From Eubacteriales bacterium (GTDB lineage Bacteria > Bacillota > Clostridia > Christensenellales > CAG-138), in NCBI GenBank assembly GCA_034933205.1, contig JAYFNY010000012.1, forward strand, positions 10,671-74,670: 64,000 bases of DNA, read 5' to 3'. How positions within the stretch are numbered: position 1 is the stretch's first letter; each line of letters begins with the position of its first letter. This document shows, piece after piece, positions 39,961 through 49,530 of this stretch. The position numbers and the translations under genes are program-made. The notes below the pieces were generated by a model. It ran no database searches. It was not told the origin of the DNA and saw only the letters and a list, made by a program, of their open reading frames with translations.

Positions 39961-40135
39961 ACGCGTTATCCCTCCCGATTGAATCGTTGGAAATGGTATG
40001 GGTCGATTCAGGTTAACGACTAATGGTAAAATTGTTCGCCAACACGTCGAGCCGAAAAAAAGAGACAAATACACAGGCTACACTTCTATTTCGCGGGGAG
40101 TCCGTATCCTGCGATGTTTGATATCTTGTTATGGC

Positions 40136-40582
40136 TCAGGACCAGCTTTGCAGCTCGATGACGTTGCCTTCGGGATCCCTGGCGTATACGACGTTGATCG
40201 TCCGTCCATCCGGATAGGTGAAGGAGACGACTTCTCCGACTGCGCTGCCGCCATTTTTCAGAATACAGGCAAGTGTTTCAGACACGCTGTCCACTTCAAA
40301 TGCAATGTGTGAAAAACCGGCGATGTTGACCAGCCCATTTTGCTGTTCGATGATGGAATCATAAGAGAAGATCTCAAGCGTAGGATGGTGCTCCCCATAG
40401 CCGGGCAGAAGCAGGTGCTCGCCAAACAGATGCGCGTTTGGTATCCCGGTCAGGCGATCCAGCCATTCTCCGGAAAGATCGCGCGTTTCTTGGATGCTCC
40501 GGCAGCCAAGCACCTTTTTATAGAAATCAACAAGGGAATCAACGTTCTTCGCGATGAGATTCGTATGCACAAATCGGATCAT
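40136..40582 (-). CDS. VOC (glyoxalase/bleomycin-resistance fold) family protein
   Basis: 148 aa: MIRFVHTNLIAKNVDSLVDFYKKVLG ... HIAFEV ... DPEGNVIEL. Confidence 0.8.
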   Translation of the reverse strand: MIRFVHTNLIAKNVDSLVDFYKKVLGCRSIQETRDLSGEWLDRLTGIPNAHLFGEHLLLPGYGEHHPTLEIFSYDSIIEQQNGLVNIAGFSHIAFEVDSVSETLACILKNGGSAVGEVVSFTYPDGRTINVVYARDPEGNVIELQSWS

Positions 40583-40669
40583 ATTCTTTCCCCTTTTCAG
40601 TCGATGTGGCATGGCACAATTTGATGTCGGCTGCACTCGGCGGCGTTTTCGAAAATCGCAGGTCGTCGT

Positions 40670-41569
40670 TCATTCGCGTATCTCCTGAAACTGCGATACG
40701 ATTTTCGAAAGGGAAACACGATAGTAGTGAAAGGTAGCCTCCGGTTCAAACCCGCAGGAGCGGTAAAGATGCAGCGCGCGCTGATTGGTGCTGTCCACTT
40801 CGATAAGGATTTGATCCATACCAGTGGCAAGGAGATTGTTTATCATCCAGGTGACGATTCCGCGTCCAATTCCACGACCTTGCATCCGGGGCGATACGGC
40901 GAGTCCATAGATCGTTGCTTCGCCAGGCTCCCTTTGAATCGCACCGATTCCAGCCGCCTTATCGTTCAAACGGGCGATATACTGCGTTCGACCCTTAGCA
41001 TCCAGCGATTTTTGCAGAAAGTCTCGCGAAGACTCCAAAGGTTCAGAATATGCTCCGCTGCTGATTTCAGCCATATCCGCAAGATCGGCAGGAGTTGCCT
41101 TCAGCACGATCAGGCCGTCTGGTACCGTGCGATTCGCGGTGGAGTTCTTGCAATCGTAGCGGAGGCTGTATTCCGCATGGCTGAACGTTGCTCCAAGGGA
41201 AGATATTGCTTCGATACCGGCGGAGGAATGTGGCTCGCTTAGAAAAAGCATATCATCGATCCCGAATTCCCGTGCGATATTCACCGCAGCCTTTGTTAAC
41301 GCGAGAAAGTACCCTTTTCTGCGGTGATCGGGATGCGTCATCCCGAAAAGCTCCATTTCCGCTTGGGCAGGAGCGAATACCGTGAGTAACGAGACGATTT
41401 CGCCATCTTCCCGCAGGGTTAAGAGACAAGGGAGCTTCGAGGAAAAATTCAGCGAGGGATCGAGGAACAACGTGCCGGAAAGGTTGTCGTACGAATGACA
41501 GACGGCCTCAAGCGCGCGCGCTTCGCGAATGACGGAAAGATCGGGGGATAAATAAGACTGAATGATCAC
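40670..41569 (-). CDS. Two-domain GNAT family N-acetyltransferase
   Basis: 299 aa. The second half carries RMQGRGIGRGIVTW; the first half is a degenerate GNAT (HRRKGYFLAL). Confidence 0.8.
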   Translation of the reverse strand: MIIQSYLSPDLSVIREARALEAVCHSYDNLSGTLFLDPSLNFSSKLPCLLTLREDGEIVSLLTVFAPAQAEMELFGMTHPDHRRKGYFLALTKAAVNIAREFGIDDMLFLSEPHSSAGIEAISSLGATFSHAEYSLRYDCKNSTANRTVPDGLIVLKATPADLADMAEISSGAYSEPLESSRDFLQKSLDAKGRTQYIARLNDKAAGIGAIQREPGEATIYGLAVSPRMQGRGIGRGIVTWMINNLLATGMDQILIEVDSTNQRALHLYRSCGFEPEATFHYYRVSLSKIVSQFQEIRE

Positions 41570-41740
41570 AGGAAATTCTCCTTACTAGTATCTGTGTGCA
41601 GAAGACGGAAGCGGTAATCCAACCGTCAGAATCCATTTTCACGCGGTTATGACCTCATGTCAATGCGGCAATCCAGTGCGATTGAGAACCATGGCCGCGT
41701 GGGGAACCGTTTTTACGGAACGAAGTTCAAACCGGATCTC

Positions 41741-42244
41741 TTACTTGCAGACGAATAAAATCTGCTGAGCGACCTGCTCGGCAGAAAGGCTGGTCGTGTC
41801 GATCTTGATCGTATTCAATGCCTCGTAAAGTGGAATGCGCGGTAAACTGCGCGCCAGAACGTTGTCGTTTGTGCGCTTTCCTGCATCGATATCGGACTGT
41901 AATCGTTCTTTCAGTGCATCGTTCGAACAAACAAGCGAAACGGTAAAAACTTCGCATCCTGCCGTAGTTAAGCGAGCAAGGATCGCATCAATAATTTCCT
42001 GCTGGTGCATGACCCAGCCGAAAATGATGTTCTCGTATACGGAGCAACGGATGAAATTATTCAGGAGAAAACAGATATTCTCCATTACCATACTCTTGGT
42101 TTCTTCTGTTACAACGAAAGGGTGCATATCCCAGCACCAGTCACCGTCGAGGAAAACACTATTGGGGAGCTTGCGTTTCAGGATCTGGCAGACTGTCGTT
42201 TTACCGATTCCCATCGTACCGCCGACAAGATAGATACGTTTCAT
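41741..42244 (-). CDS. P-loop kinase-like AAA family ATPase
   Basis: Walker A GGTMGIGKTT at the N-terminus. 167 aa, the size of a small-molecule or nucleotide kinase. Confidence 0.7.
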   Translation of the reverse strand: MKRIYLVGGTMGIGKTTVCQILKRKLPNSVFLDGDWCWDMHPFVVTEETKSMVMENICFLLNNFIRCSVYENIIFGWVMHQQEIIDAILARLTTAGCEVFTVSLVCSNDALKERLQSDIDAGKRTNDNVLARSLPRIPLYEALNTIKIDTTSLSAEQVAQQILFVCK

Positions 42245-42256
42245 TTTCCTCTTCCT

Positions 42257-43408
42257 TTACCGGCCCGGGTTGGCTTCTTCTGCACGTAAGATTGTGTTTT
42301 TTCCGTTGCGTTTCGACTGGTACAGCGCGCTGTCCGCCGCGTGGATCATATCGTCGAATTCCTGAATGTTTTTCGGCGTGCGAACGACATAACCGCCGCT
42401 GCAGGTTAGATCGGGGTTTTGCGCTTTACACAGCAATTCGGAAGCGGAACCGCATCGCTCGATATTTTTCACAAGATTGGTCCGGTCGGGCTCCGGTACC
42501 GCAATGAGAAATTCGTCGCCGCCGAAGCGATATACGTTTTGCGGGAGAAATCTTGTTTGAAGCTGACCGGCGAACATACGCAACAGGCCGTCGCCATAAT
42601 CGTGGCCTTTGGAGTCGTTCATCGCTTTGAAATCGTCGACGTCAAGCAACATCAGAAAGAGCGGTTTTCCGAAAAATGAGGGGGTGTCCATGGAAAGACT
42701 ATGCCGGTTTTTTAACAGGGTAAGCTCGTCATGCCGGGACATCCAGTTGAGTTTCTGATTGAGCTTTTCATACTCGACGCGCGTTGTTGCGTCAGAAAGC
42801 TTGGTATGATACCGAATGATATTGATCAGTAAAACCATTAACAGCAGAATCAGATAATTCGTTGGCAGGGAACGGTCCGCGCCACAGAAAAAAATGAGAA
42901 TACAGTAAAATATCGCGAACAGCGAGGTGAAAAATGGGATAGAAATCATCGGGCGGATCAGGGCGAGGCCTGCAACGCAGATGACGTTGGTAATAAAGAC
43001 GAAGAGCTGGTTTCCCAGGATATAATCGGTGGCGGAAATGACCATCCCCCACACAATGGCAGCCGCGCAATAAAACAGGCCCACAATCATAAGCAGCCTG
43101 TGGTTTGTGACCTGGCGGATCATACGTGTAAAAAAGAAAAAGCTTACGGCGCTTAGTAGAAGGTAACTACTATAACACCATATGCGCAACCAGTACCATT
43201 TGAACGAAGGATCCGAAAAAAAGCCGTAGAAAATCAGCATGATCAACTCGAGAAATACAACGCAAAACGACATAACCCGACAGTAACGCAGATTATCAAT
43301 GTCAATGATTCTCTGTATTTCCGGGTCCAGCCGTTGTAGGACGAAATAGAACTTCAGTCGATCGCTCGTAGTTTTCCAATTCATTCCGGAGGAACTTACC
43401 GCCTTCAT
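42257..43408 (-). CDS. Membrane-bound diguanylate cyclase (GGDEF domain)
   Basis: About 6 N-terminal TM spans, then a GGDEF domain with an intact RFGGDEF motif. Confidence 0.9.
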   Translation of the reverse strand: MKAVSSSGMNWKTTSDRLKFYFVLQRLDPEIQRIIDIDNLRYCRVMSFCVVFLELIMLIFYGFFSDPSFKWYWLRIWCYSSYLLLSAVSFFFFTRMIRQVTNHRLLMIVGLFYCAAAIVWGMVISATDYILGNQLFVFITNVICVAGLALIRPMISIPFFTSLFAIFYCILIFFCGADRSLPTNYLILLLMVLLINIIRYHTKLSDATTRVEYEKLNQKLNWMSRHDELTLLKNRHSLSMDTPSFFGKPLFLMLLDVDDFKAMNDSKGHDYGDGLLRMFAGQLQTRFLPQNVYRFGGDEFLIAVPEPDRTNLVKNIERCGSASELLCKAQNPDLTCSGGYVVRTPKNIQEFDDMIHAADSALYQSKRNGKNTILRAEEANPGR

Positions 43409-43506
43409 TCTTTATGGGTCTGCTTCGTAACGTATTTTACCAAATCGGATAAAAGAAGTAAAATTGTGCTCTGGGAATTCTATGCGGTACGCGACAGGTT
43501 TGCCTG

Positions 43507-44064
43507 TCACTTGTTTCGGTACCGGGAGCCGATCTGTTCCTCTGCCAGAGTGGCAAAGACGCAATCATCGTGCCAGCTGTCGCCGACACGGTAGCTCCGG
43601 ATAAAATGGGCTTCTTTCCGGAAACCGAGATTTGTCAGCAGACGGATCGAGCGGACGTTTTCGGAATCGACGGAAGCGGTAATCCGATGCTTCCCCAAAA
43701 CTTGAAAAGAATAATCCATCACGCCGCGCACAGCCTCGCGCGCATACCCGTTCCCCTGGTATTCAGGTGAGAGGGTATACCCGATTTCGATTTGGTCAGC
43801 ATCCAAAAAATGGATGCCGATATCGCCGATCATTCTGCCATCTGCCAGACAAACGGCCAATTGCAGCCATGCGCCGACTGTATGCGGAGTAACCCGCGAA
43901 TTTTCAAGGAGGAACGTTTCTATTTCAGCGACGTCCTTCGGATGCCAGGATTGAAACCGGCAGACTTCCGGCAGGGAGCGATACCGAAAAAACGCTTCGG
44001 AATCGCGAATGTCCAGCCGCCTAAGAAATAATCGCTTCGTTGTGATGTTAATTTCTTCCTTCAT
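43507..44064 (-). CDS. GNAT family N-acetyltransferase (RimJ/RimL-like)
   Basis: TKRLFLRRLDIRD start and QGNGYAREAV motif. Start taken at ATG 44064. Confidence 0.85.
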   Translation of the reverse strand: MKEEINITTKRLFLRRLDIRDSEAFFRYRSLPEVCRFQSWHPKDVAEIETFLLENSRVTPHTVGAWLQLAVCLADGRMIGDIGIHFLDADQIEIGYTLSPEYQGNGYAREAVRGVMDYSFQVLGKHRITASVDSENVRSIRLLTNLGFRKEAHFIRSYRVGDSWHDDCVFATLAEEQIGSRYRNK

Positions 44065-44267
44065 GATGGCTCCCGAATCTAAAATAGAATGGAATCTAAA
44101 TATCGAATGGTATCTAAATGGGGTAACGAATCCTTCGAAGACGAGCCGCTTTGATCCGAAAGTTTCGCAGTGCTGCCGAATCGAAAAAACGTGACAGCGA
44201 ATATCGGGGTGCTGCATCGCTCATAGAATAACGACCGGCGTTTTCCTCACGTTGACTGGAAACGAAT

Positions 44268-45062
44268 TCAAAACGACGATGAGGAATGCTCAAAATGAGT
44301 GGCCGATTCCGTATTCCTGGCTAGAATCTGCTCAACCGAACCGACATCCAGCAGGTTTACCGTTTCAAATCGGCCGTTGTAAAACACGCCCCAATTATTA
44401 AAGACGCAGGGGAGTTCTTTTGCTTTTTTCAGCGAATCGACCGCAAGCAGCGAAAGAGGAATGTGGTTTCTCTCGCAGTATTGCTTCAGTTCTTCTGTCT
44501 TTTGGAGGATAAACGGGCATTGCATACTGTAATATATGGTCAACTCCGTTTGATCGATTCGCTGCTTCCGTGCTTTTTCTGTGAATCGAGGCGCCGTTCC
44601 GTCAAAAGAGAGCGCTAATAACTCATACCCGTCTTCCGTTGAGTCAACGGCCATAAATCCGTATTTTTTTGCGAATGCCTGACTGGAAAGCCAGTTTTTC
44701 TGTTTTTTTGACCCGAGCATGCAAATGCCGGATTTCCCGGCTTGTTTCGCATCCGCAATGCAGGAATCCATTAACGCTTTTCCATAGCCCTTGCCTTTAT
44801 ATTCGCCGGAAACCCATAAACAGTAGATATAGTAGAAATTTTCGCCGATCACCGGAACCCATGCCGTTTCAACCGGCGCGTATTCGATAAACACCGTGGA
44901 TTTCACATCCAGCTTTCGGAAAACATGACCTTCTTTGATTCGTTCGGAAAGCCAAGCCCTTTTCGCTTCTACACCCGGATGAGGCTTTTTACTCCGGATG
45001 ATACAGCACAGGTGCTCGCTGGCGATATTCGATGAAGTCAGGTCGATAAAATCATGCTCCAT
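44268..45062 (-). CDS. GNAT N-acetyltransferase with C-terminal YoaP-like domain
   Basis: YKGKGYGKALMD motif in the N-terminal half. The C-terminal ~90 aa (YYSMQCPF...NNWGVFYNGRF) resemble YoaP. Start taken at MEHDFIDL. Confidence 0.7.
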   Translation of the reverse strand: MEHDFIDLTSSNIASEHLCCIIRSKKPHPGVEAKRAWLSERIKEGHVFRKLDVKSTVFIEYAPVETAWVPVIGENFYYIYCLWVSGEYKGKGYGKALMDSCIADAKQAGKSGICMLGSKKQKNWLSSQAFAKKYGFMAVDSTEDGYELLALSFDGTAPRFTEKARKQRIDQTELTIYYSMQCPFILQKTEELKQYCERNHIPLSLLAVDSLKKAKELPCVFNNWGVFYNGRFETVNLLDVGSVEQILARNTESATHFEHSSSSF

Positions 45063-45151
45063 ATTTGGTTTCCTATTCTTGTGGGAATCCGATTCTTCTT
45101 CGGCGCCGCATCGCCAATGAAAGCGTTTTGCTTCGGTAACGATCAATCGAA

Positions 45152-45592
45152 TCAGCGTTCGAATTTTAAATAGACCATATCGACAAGCTGCGTCCCGTCT
45201 TCAAACATCGGATGATCGTAATGATCCGTGAAAAAGTTCTTGATTCGATGCGAATCGGTAAAACCGCAACTCTTGTAAAAATTCAAGGAAGAAGGGCAGT
45301 CGCCCGTTCCAACATACAGGACTTTGCAATCCGAATAATGAGCTGTCAGAAATTCGATTAATTTCTTCCCGTACCCTTTTCGCTGATCAACGGGATTTAC
45401 GGCGATATTTTTCAGCTCATAGACTCCATCCGATTCTTTCGTAACAACGCATTCCGCTTTTACGCCGTTATCGTCCAGTACAAACATATCGCCGCGGTCA
45501 AGATACAGATCTACCATGTCTTCCTGTTCGTCGGCGAGCAGAAGCAAATCGAGATAGTCCTTTTTCCGATTCAGGACCGGTCTGATATTCAT
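45152..45592 (-). CDS. GNAT family N-acetyltransferase
   Basis: 146 aa with QRKGYGKKLIEF motif. This is the last GC-rich gene before the compositional break. Confidence 0.85.
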   Translation of the reverse strand: MNIRPVLNRKKDYLDLLLLADEQEDMVDLYLDRGDMFVLDDNGVKAECVVTKESDGVYELKNIAVNPVDQRKGYGKKLIEFLTAHYSDCKVLYVGTGDCPSSLNFYKSCGFTDSHRIKNFFTDHYDHPMFEDGTQLVDMVYLKFER

Positions 45593-45662
45593 GAATCGTG
45601 GTTCTCCTTCAAGCTTTCCGTGCTTCTTTTCTCAATTCTCGACATTAGCACCACCGTTTCAA

Positions 45663-45910
45663 CGTGGCCCGATTGCTCCATCTTGATGTCTCCTTATTGA
45701 CCAGTTCTCGTGAACCTTCGATTTTCTGCCCATCCGTTCGCGGAAATTGTTCAACCGCTTTTTTCGGTTTGCGAAAACTTATCGACACGCTTTTGTACGT
45801 TCGCGGGAATTGCTCCACTGTTTGAACGTACCTTATATATGGCATCCGGGTCTGGCGTCCACTGTCTCCACCTTGACGCCGGATTGGTACAAGGGAATTG
45901 CTCCACGATT
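45663..45910. repeat. Four imperfect direct copies of a ~20-bp motif at the island boundary
   Basis: Minus-strand copies are GTGGAGCAATTCCCTTGTACC, GTGGAGCAATTCCCGCGAACG, GTTGAACAATTTCCGCGAACG and ATGGAGCAATCGGGCCACG. Spacing is 88, 63 and 74 bp. Confidence 0.5.
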
Positions 45911-45958
45911 GCCATTGTCTCAACCCTTATTCATAGATTTTCCTGTAGCCATGATAGA

Positions 45959-46942
45959 TTATTTTTTGCTCTTCTTTTCCAGCTGCTTTATGCTATTCAG
46001 GTAGTCCTGCTCCACACTGCTCAATGTTTTCGCTTTGTATTTTTTATACTCCGTCTGCGCCTTGTCCATTGCCTGATCATGGCTGACAGTCCCATTTCCA
46101 ATCAGCAGCTTTTCTCCTGTGGAGGTCAAAATGCCATCAAGATGTCTGGCCCAGTCCTCCATCGTCATCGGAATCTCACGCTCTGCCTGTCTCTCAGCAA
46201 AATCAAGATATCCGGAAACGAGCTGGCCCATTGCGCGAAGCTCTTTTTCATTCAGATAGTTCTTTGCAGTCTTCGCTTCACGGAGCGTAGGCTGATCTCC
46301 TGAAAAAGTCATCAGACCCATGAAATCCTTTTCTGCGTCAGCACGATGATAGATCACCTCCGCCGCAGTCTCGCCGGAAACGGCATAATGGATCTTGTTT
46401 TGTACTCGCTTGAAAAATTGTATGGAGACTTCCGCATTAGGGTTGTAATCAACACTGGTCGCATAGATTTCCAATACCTGACGATAAAATACCTTTTCAG
46501 AAGCCCGGATGTCTCGGATTCTTTCCAACAGCTCCTTAAAGTATCCGCCACCGCCCAACTCTTTCAGGCGGTCATCATCCATCGCGAAACCTTTTTTGAT
46601 GTATTCCTTTAAAATGTTTGTTGCCCATATACGGAACTGAACACCACGCTGGGATTTGACACGATAGCCAACGGAGATGATAACATCCAGATTATAAAAT
46701 TTTGTTTTATAGTTTTTTCCGTCAGCACCAGTTGTCAAGCATTCCTTGACAACTGAAGCACTGTCAAGTTCTCCGTCCTTAAAAATATTATTTATATGCA
46801 GACTAACATTTTGCTTAGTCGTTTGAAAAAGCTTTGACATATCTGCCTGACTCAACCACACTGTTTCATCCTGCATAGTGACATCTATTTTTGTCAAACC
46901 GTCTTCAGTCTGATATATAATTACTTCTCCACGGTCGTCCAT
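45959..46942 (-). CDS. RhuM family virulence/defense-island protein
   Basis: N-terminus IIYQTEDGLTKIDVTMQDETVWLSQADMSKLFQTTKQNVSLHINNIF ... FYNLDVIISVGYRVKS.RGVQFRIWAT is the RhuM signature as I recall it. GGAGG RBS. Confidence 0.85.
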   Translation of the reverse strand: MDDRGEVIIYQTEDGLTKIDVTMQDETVWLSQADMSKLFQTTKQNVSLHINNIFKDGELDSASVVKECLTTGADGKNYKTKFYNLDVIISVGYRVKSQRGVQFRIWATNILKEYIKKGFAMDDDRLKELGGGGYFKELLERIRDIRASEKVFYRQVLEIYATSVDYNPNAEVSIQFFKRVQNKIHYAVSGETAAEVIYHRADAEKDFMGLMTFSGDQPTLREAKTAKNYLNEKELRAMGQLVSGYLDFAERQAEREIPMTMEDWARHLDGILTSTGEKLLIGNGTVSHDQAMDKAQTEYKKYKAKTLSSVEQDYLNSIKQLEKKSKK

Positions 46943-47364
46943 GCTGATGGCCTCCTGTTCTAATTCATTTCACAGCATTTCCTTTGTGCTGCAAGTTATA
47001 ACTAAATAATCGTACATATCCATCAAAATATAGCCTCTATATTAAGCTGAGTCTATCAAGACCACGTTTTTGATACAAGGATTTGTGTAGTGAAAAGGCC
47101 CTGTAAACAAGGCATTTCCCGTGTTTTGATAGTTCCTACGGCTCGTTCTGCACCTGAAATTGGGCATTTTGAGACGAGCCATTCTTGCTGTTAATGCCAT
47201 CTTTACAAGGTCTCCTTTCGGTCAGAATATGGATAATTAAAAAGTGGGGCAAAATTAAACGGTGCTGCTCTTTATCCCTGCCACGGCAAAACACCGTCAG
47301 ATCATTAATAGTAAACTACGCTCGGATGTAATCTGTTAAATCTACATCCACAACAGTAATGATA

Positions 47365-48072
47365 TTAGTTGTTCAGTGCTATCGATAGTTCTCCACCGAA
47401 ATTGTTCATTACGAAACGATCATCCTGCAACAAAGTTTCCTTGGTCACTCGATATTCGAATGGGAACAGATATGTTGAGGCGTTCAGCTCTTGAAAAGAA
47501 TAATATCCACTGTCATCCACATTCATCATGGTATAAACCAAAAAACTACTGATCTCATCTCTTGCAACCTTGTGCTTACTGATTCGGTATTTTCCGGGTT
47601 TGTCGCAAATGAGAACTCCAAACTCTTTTAGTGTGGATACCAGTTTGTCAATGGAGTGATATAGTGTCGTACGCTCTCCCCACTCATCAAACAGCTTCTG
47701 CTTCAGTTGGGCCAGCGTAATCTCATCCTGGAACTCTGACATTTTACCGATAAGTTTGCACATATCCATAAAAACCGGATAAGCCGCCAACATCATGCTC
47801 CAGTGAATTTCAAGCGCATAATCCGGATATTTCTTAATCAGTTCGAGTGCTGTAGGTCTTAATTTTTCTGTATATTCATTTTCATAGCTCCAGATGCACA
47901 TTAGAATTTCTCTGGTCTTACGAACATTTGTGGGACTCCCGATTTCAAAGCCCAAGTATTCATTCAATTTTTCTTTTATTTCATTCTCTGTCAACTCGCT
48001 CGAAACCAACTCCACGGCTTGATTCAACCATGATAGTTTCAAGTTTCTCGATAAGCCTACCATCTTTGCCAT
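47365..48072 (-). CDS. brxA: BrxA-like protein (DUF1819), last gene of the BREX type 3 set
   Basis: 235-aa helical protein. ATG follows the pglZ stop directly (TGAATG). The call rests mainly on position in the canonical type 3 order. Confidence 0.55.
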   Translation of the reverse strand: MAKMVGLSRNLKLSWLNQAVELVSSELTENEIKEKLNEYLGFEIGSPTNVRKTREILMCIWSYENEYTEKLRPTALELIKKYPDYALEIHWSMMLAAYPVFMDMCKLIGKMSEFQDEITLAQLKQKLFDEWGERTTLYHSIDKLVSTLKEFGVLICDKPGKYRISKHKVARDEISSFLVYTMMNVDDSGYYSFQELNASTYLFPFEYRVTKETLLQDDRFVMNNFGGELSIALNN

Positions 48073-49527
48073 TCACTTTACCGCCTTTATTTTGATAAAA
48101 GGTACTATGACCTCGTCAATTGATATGCCGCCGTGCGTCATGACTTCCTCGCCCTTGGCATCAAAGGAGTCTCCTACATCACAAATCAGATAATCGAAGT
48201 CCTTATTCAGATAATATTTCGGATATTCTATCATTCCATACTTTTGTATGAGTCCTGCTTTGTCAGCAAAGTTTTGTAGCACCAGCATTCTGTGGCTCTT
48301 TGTCTCTGTTTCCACTCCAGTACCCATTAATTTTCCAAGTCCAGTGCATGGCGTGTTTCCATGGTCTGCAGAGATATAAACATCAAAACCTTCTGAAAGA
48401 AACCGCTTTGTCATGTCTACCAGCTTATGCTGATCGGAGAGAACACCAATGTCATTTAGCATTCCCAGACGGCCTTGGTGCTGCGCATGCACCATATCAT
48501 CGACATCGTTAATTATGACCGCGCCACACTTTACAAAGGAGCCAAACTGCGCCTCGTAACCACGTTCATAACCTATCTGATTATCTGTATAGCCCATTGA
48601 TTTTGCACAGGCCACAAATTCCTGCTTTTCCTTGCTTTGTTTCCACGGCTCCAGCAGCTGACCTGGTGTTTTATTTGATAACAGGCACTGCCGTGAAATC
48701 GACGTGGTGCTTGGAATCATAGCAAACGCAGCTGTCTGCTCATATTGAACATTCTGAAAGGACTTAGAGATAATCCTCCAGTCAAATTCTGACATACCAT
48801 CCATTACTATAATCACAAATTTGCTGCTATGGTCGTGCATGTAATCCATCGCACGGCTAACAAGCACGGGTGTCTCCCGGCTCATTTCAGAGGACAGCTT
48901 ACCAAACTGCGCCAAAACATAATCTTTAAAAACTCTGTTTACGACTGAAGTGTCAACATTCAATTTGTGCTCAGTAGCAAGCGTATCAATCTTCGCCTTT
49001 ATCTCTGCAATGGCAAACCAATCACGATATGAATTAACTTGCTCCTGCTTCTGCTGCAATTCAATATCAAGCTGTTCAAGATACGCGGCAACATTTTCCG
49101 GGCTGTCAACCTTTTCCTGAATAAAGTCCTCCGTCTGTTTGCGCTGACGAAGATCGTCGAAATTCTTCAAATATGCTAAGCATAAAAGCTCCAGATCAAG
49201 GTTCCTGTGTGATTTCAAAACCTCAATATTCAACTTTGGAAACAGTCTGTCCATTGAAACAATATAAGCCCGAAGTCTTCGTTGAAGGTCATAGGGAATA
49301 TAGCTATTAGAATGTGCAAGTACCAGCAACTTGTCCTTTGTACTTTTCAGCTTACCCTCATACTCAATTCGAAAAGTCAAATCATCTGTATAATGCACCA
49401 CTTCAAAGCCATGCGCCTGAAAGTCAGCACTGTAATGAGTTGCTTCATCCAGTCCTTCGTCATCTATAAGGAGTATTCGATTGTTGTATTCTGCTGCTGC
49501 CTGTTTCAGCACATAGTCTCCAAACAT
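48073..49527 (-). CDS. pglZ: BREX PglZ-domain alkaline-phosphatase-superfamily protein
   Basis: PglZ core FVIIVMDGMSEFDW ... ISADHGN. The N-terminal ILLIDDEG... region is typical of PglZ N-domains. Confidence 0.8.
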   Translation of the reverse strand: MFGDYVLKQAAAEYNNRILLIDDEGLDEATHYSADFQAHGFEVVHYTDDLTFRIEYEGKLKSTKDKLLVLAHSNSYIPYDLQRRLRAYIVSMDRLFPKLNIEVLKSHRNLDLELLCLAYLKNFDDLRQRKQTEDFIQEKVDSPENVAAYLEQLDIELQQKQEQVNSYRDWFAIAEIKAKIDTLATEHKLNVDTSVVNRVFKDYVLAQFGKLSSEMSRETPVLVSRAMDYMHDHSSKFVIIVMDGMSEFDWRIISKSFQNVQYEQTAAFAMIPSTTSISRQCLLSNKTPGQLLEPWKQSKEKQEFVACAKSMGYTDNQIGYERGYEAQFGSFVKCGAVIINDVDDMVHAQHQGRLGMLNDIGVLSDQHKLVDMTKRFLSEGFDVYISADHGNTPCTGLGKLMGTGVETETKSHRMLVLQNFADKAGLIQKYGMIEYPKYYLNKDFDYLICDVGDSFDAKGEEVMTHGGISIDEVIVPFIKIKAVK

Positions 49528-49530
49528 GCG

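Noticed and set aside
45645-45923. 92-aa ORF with duplicated VEQFPRT, and the idea of a small CRISPR array
   Set aside because: The duplicated peptide is a by-product of the ~20-bp DNA repeats. The repeats are too short, too degenerate and too irregularly spaced (63, 74 and 88 bp) for CRISPR, and no cas genes are present. They are kept only as a repeat feature.
45593-47364. tRNA gene or integrase at the island boundary
   Set aside because: I looked for T-loop-like GGTTCGAATCC sequences, cloverleaf-sized palindromes and recombinase-like ORFs on both strands and found none. The integration mechanism cannot be inferred from this window.
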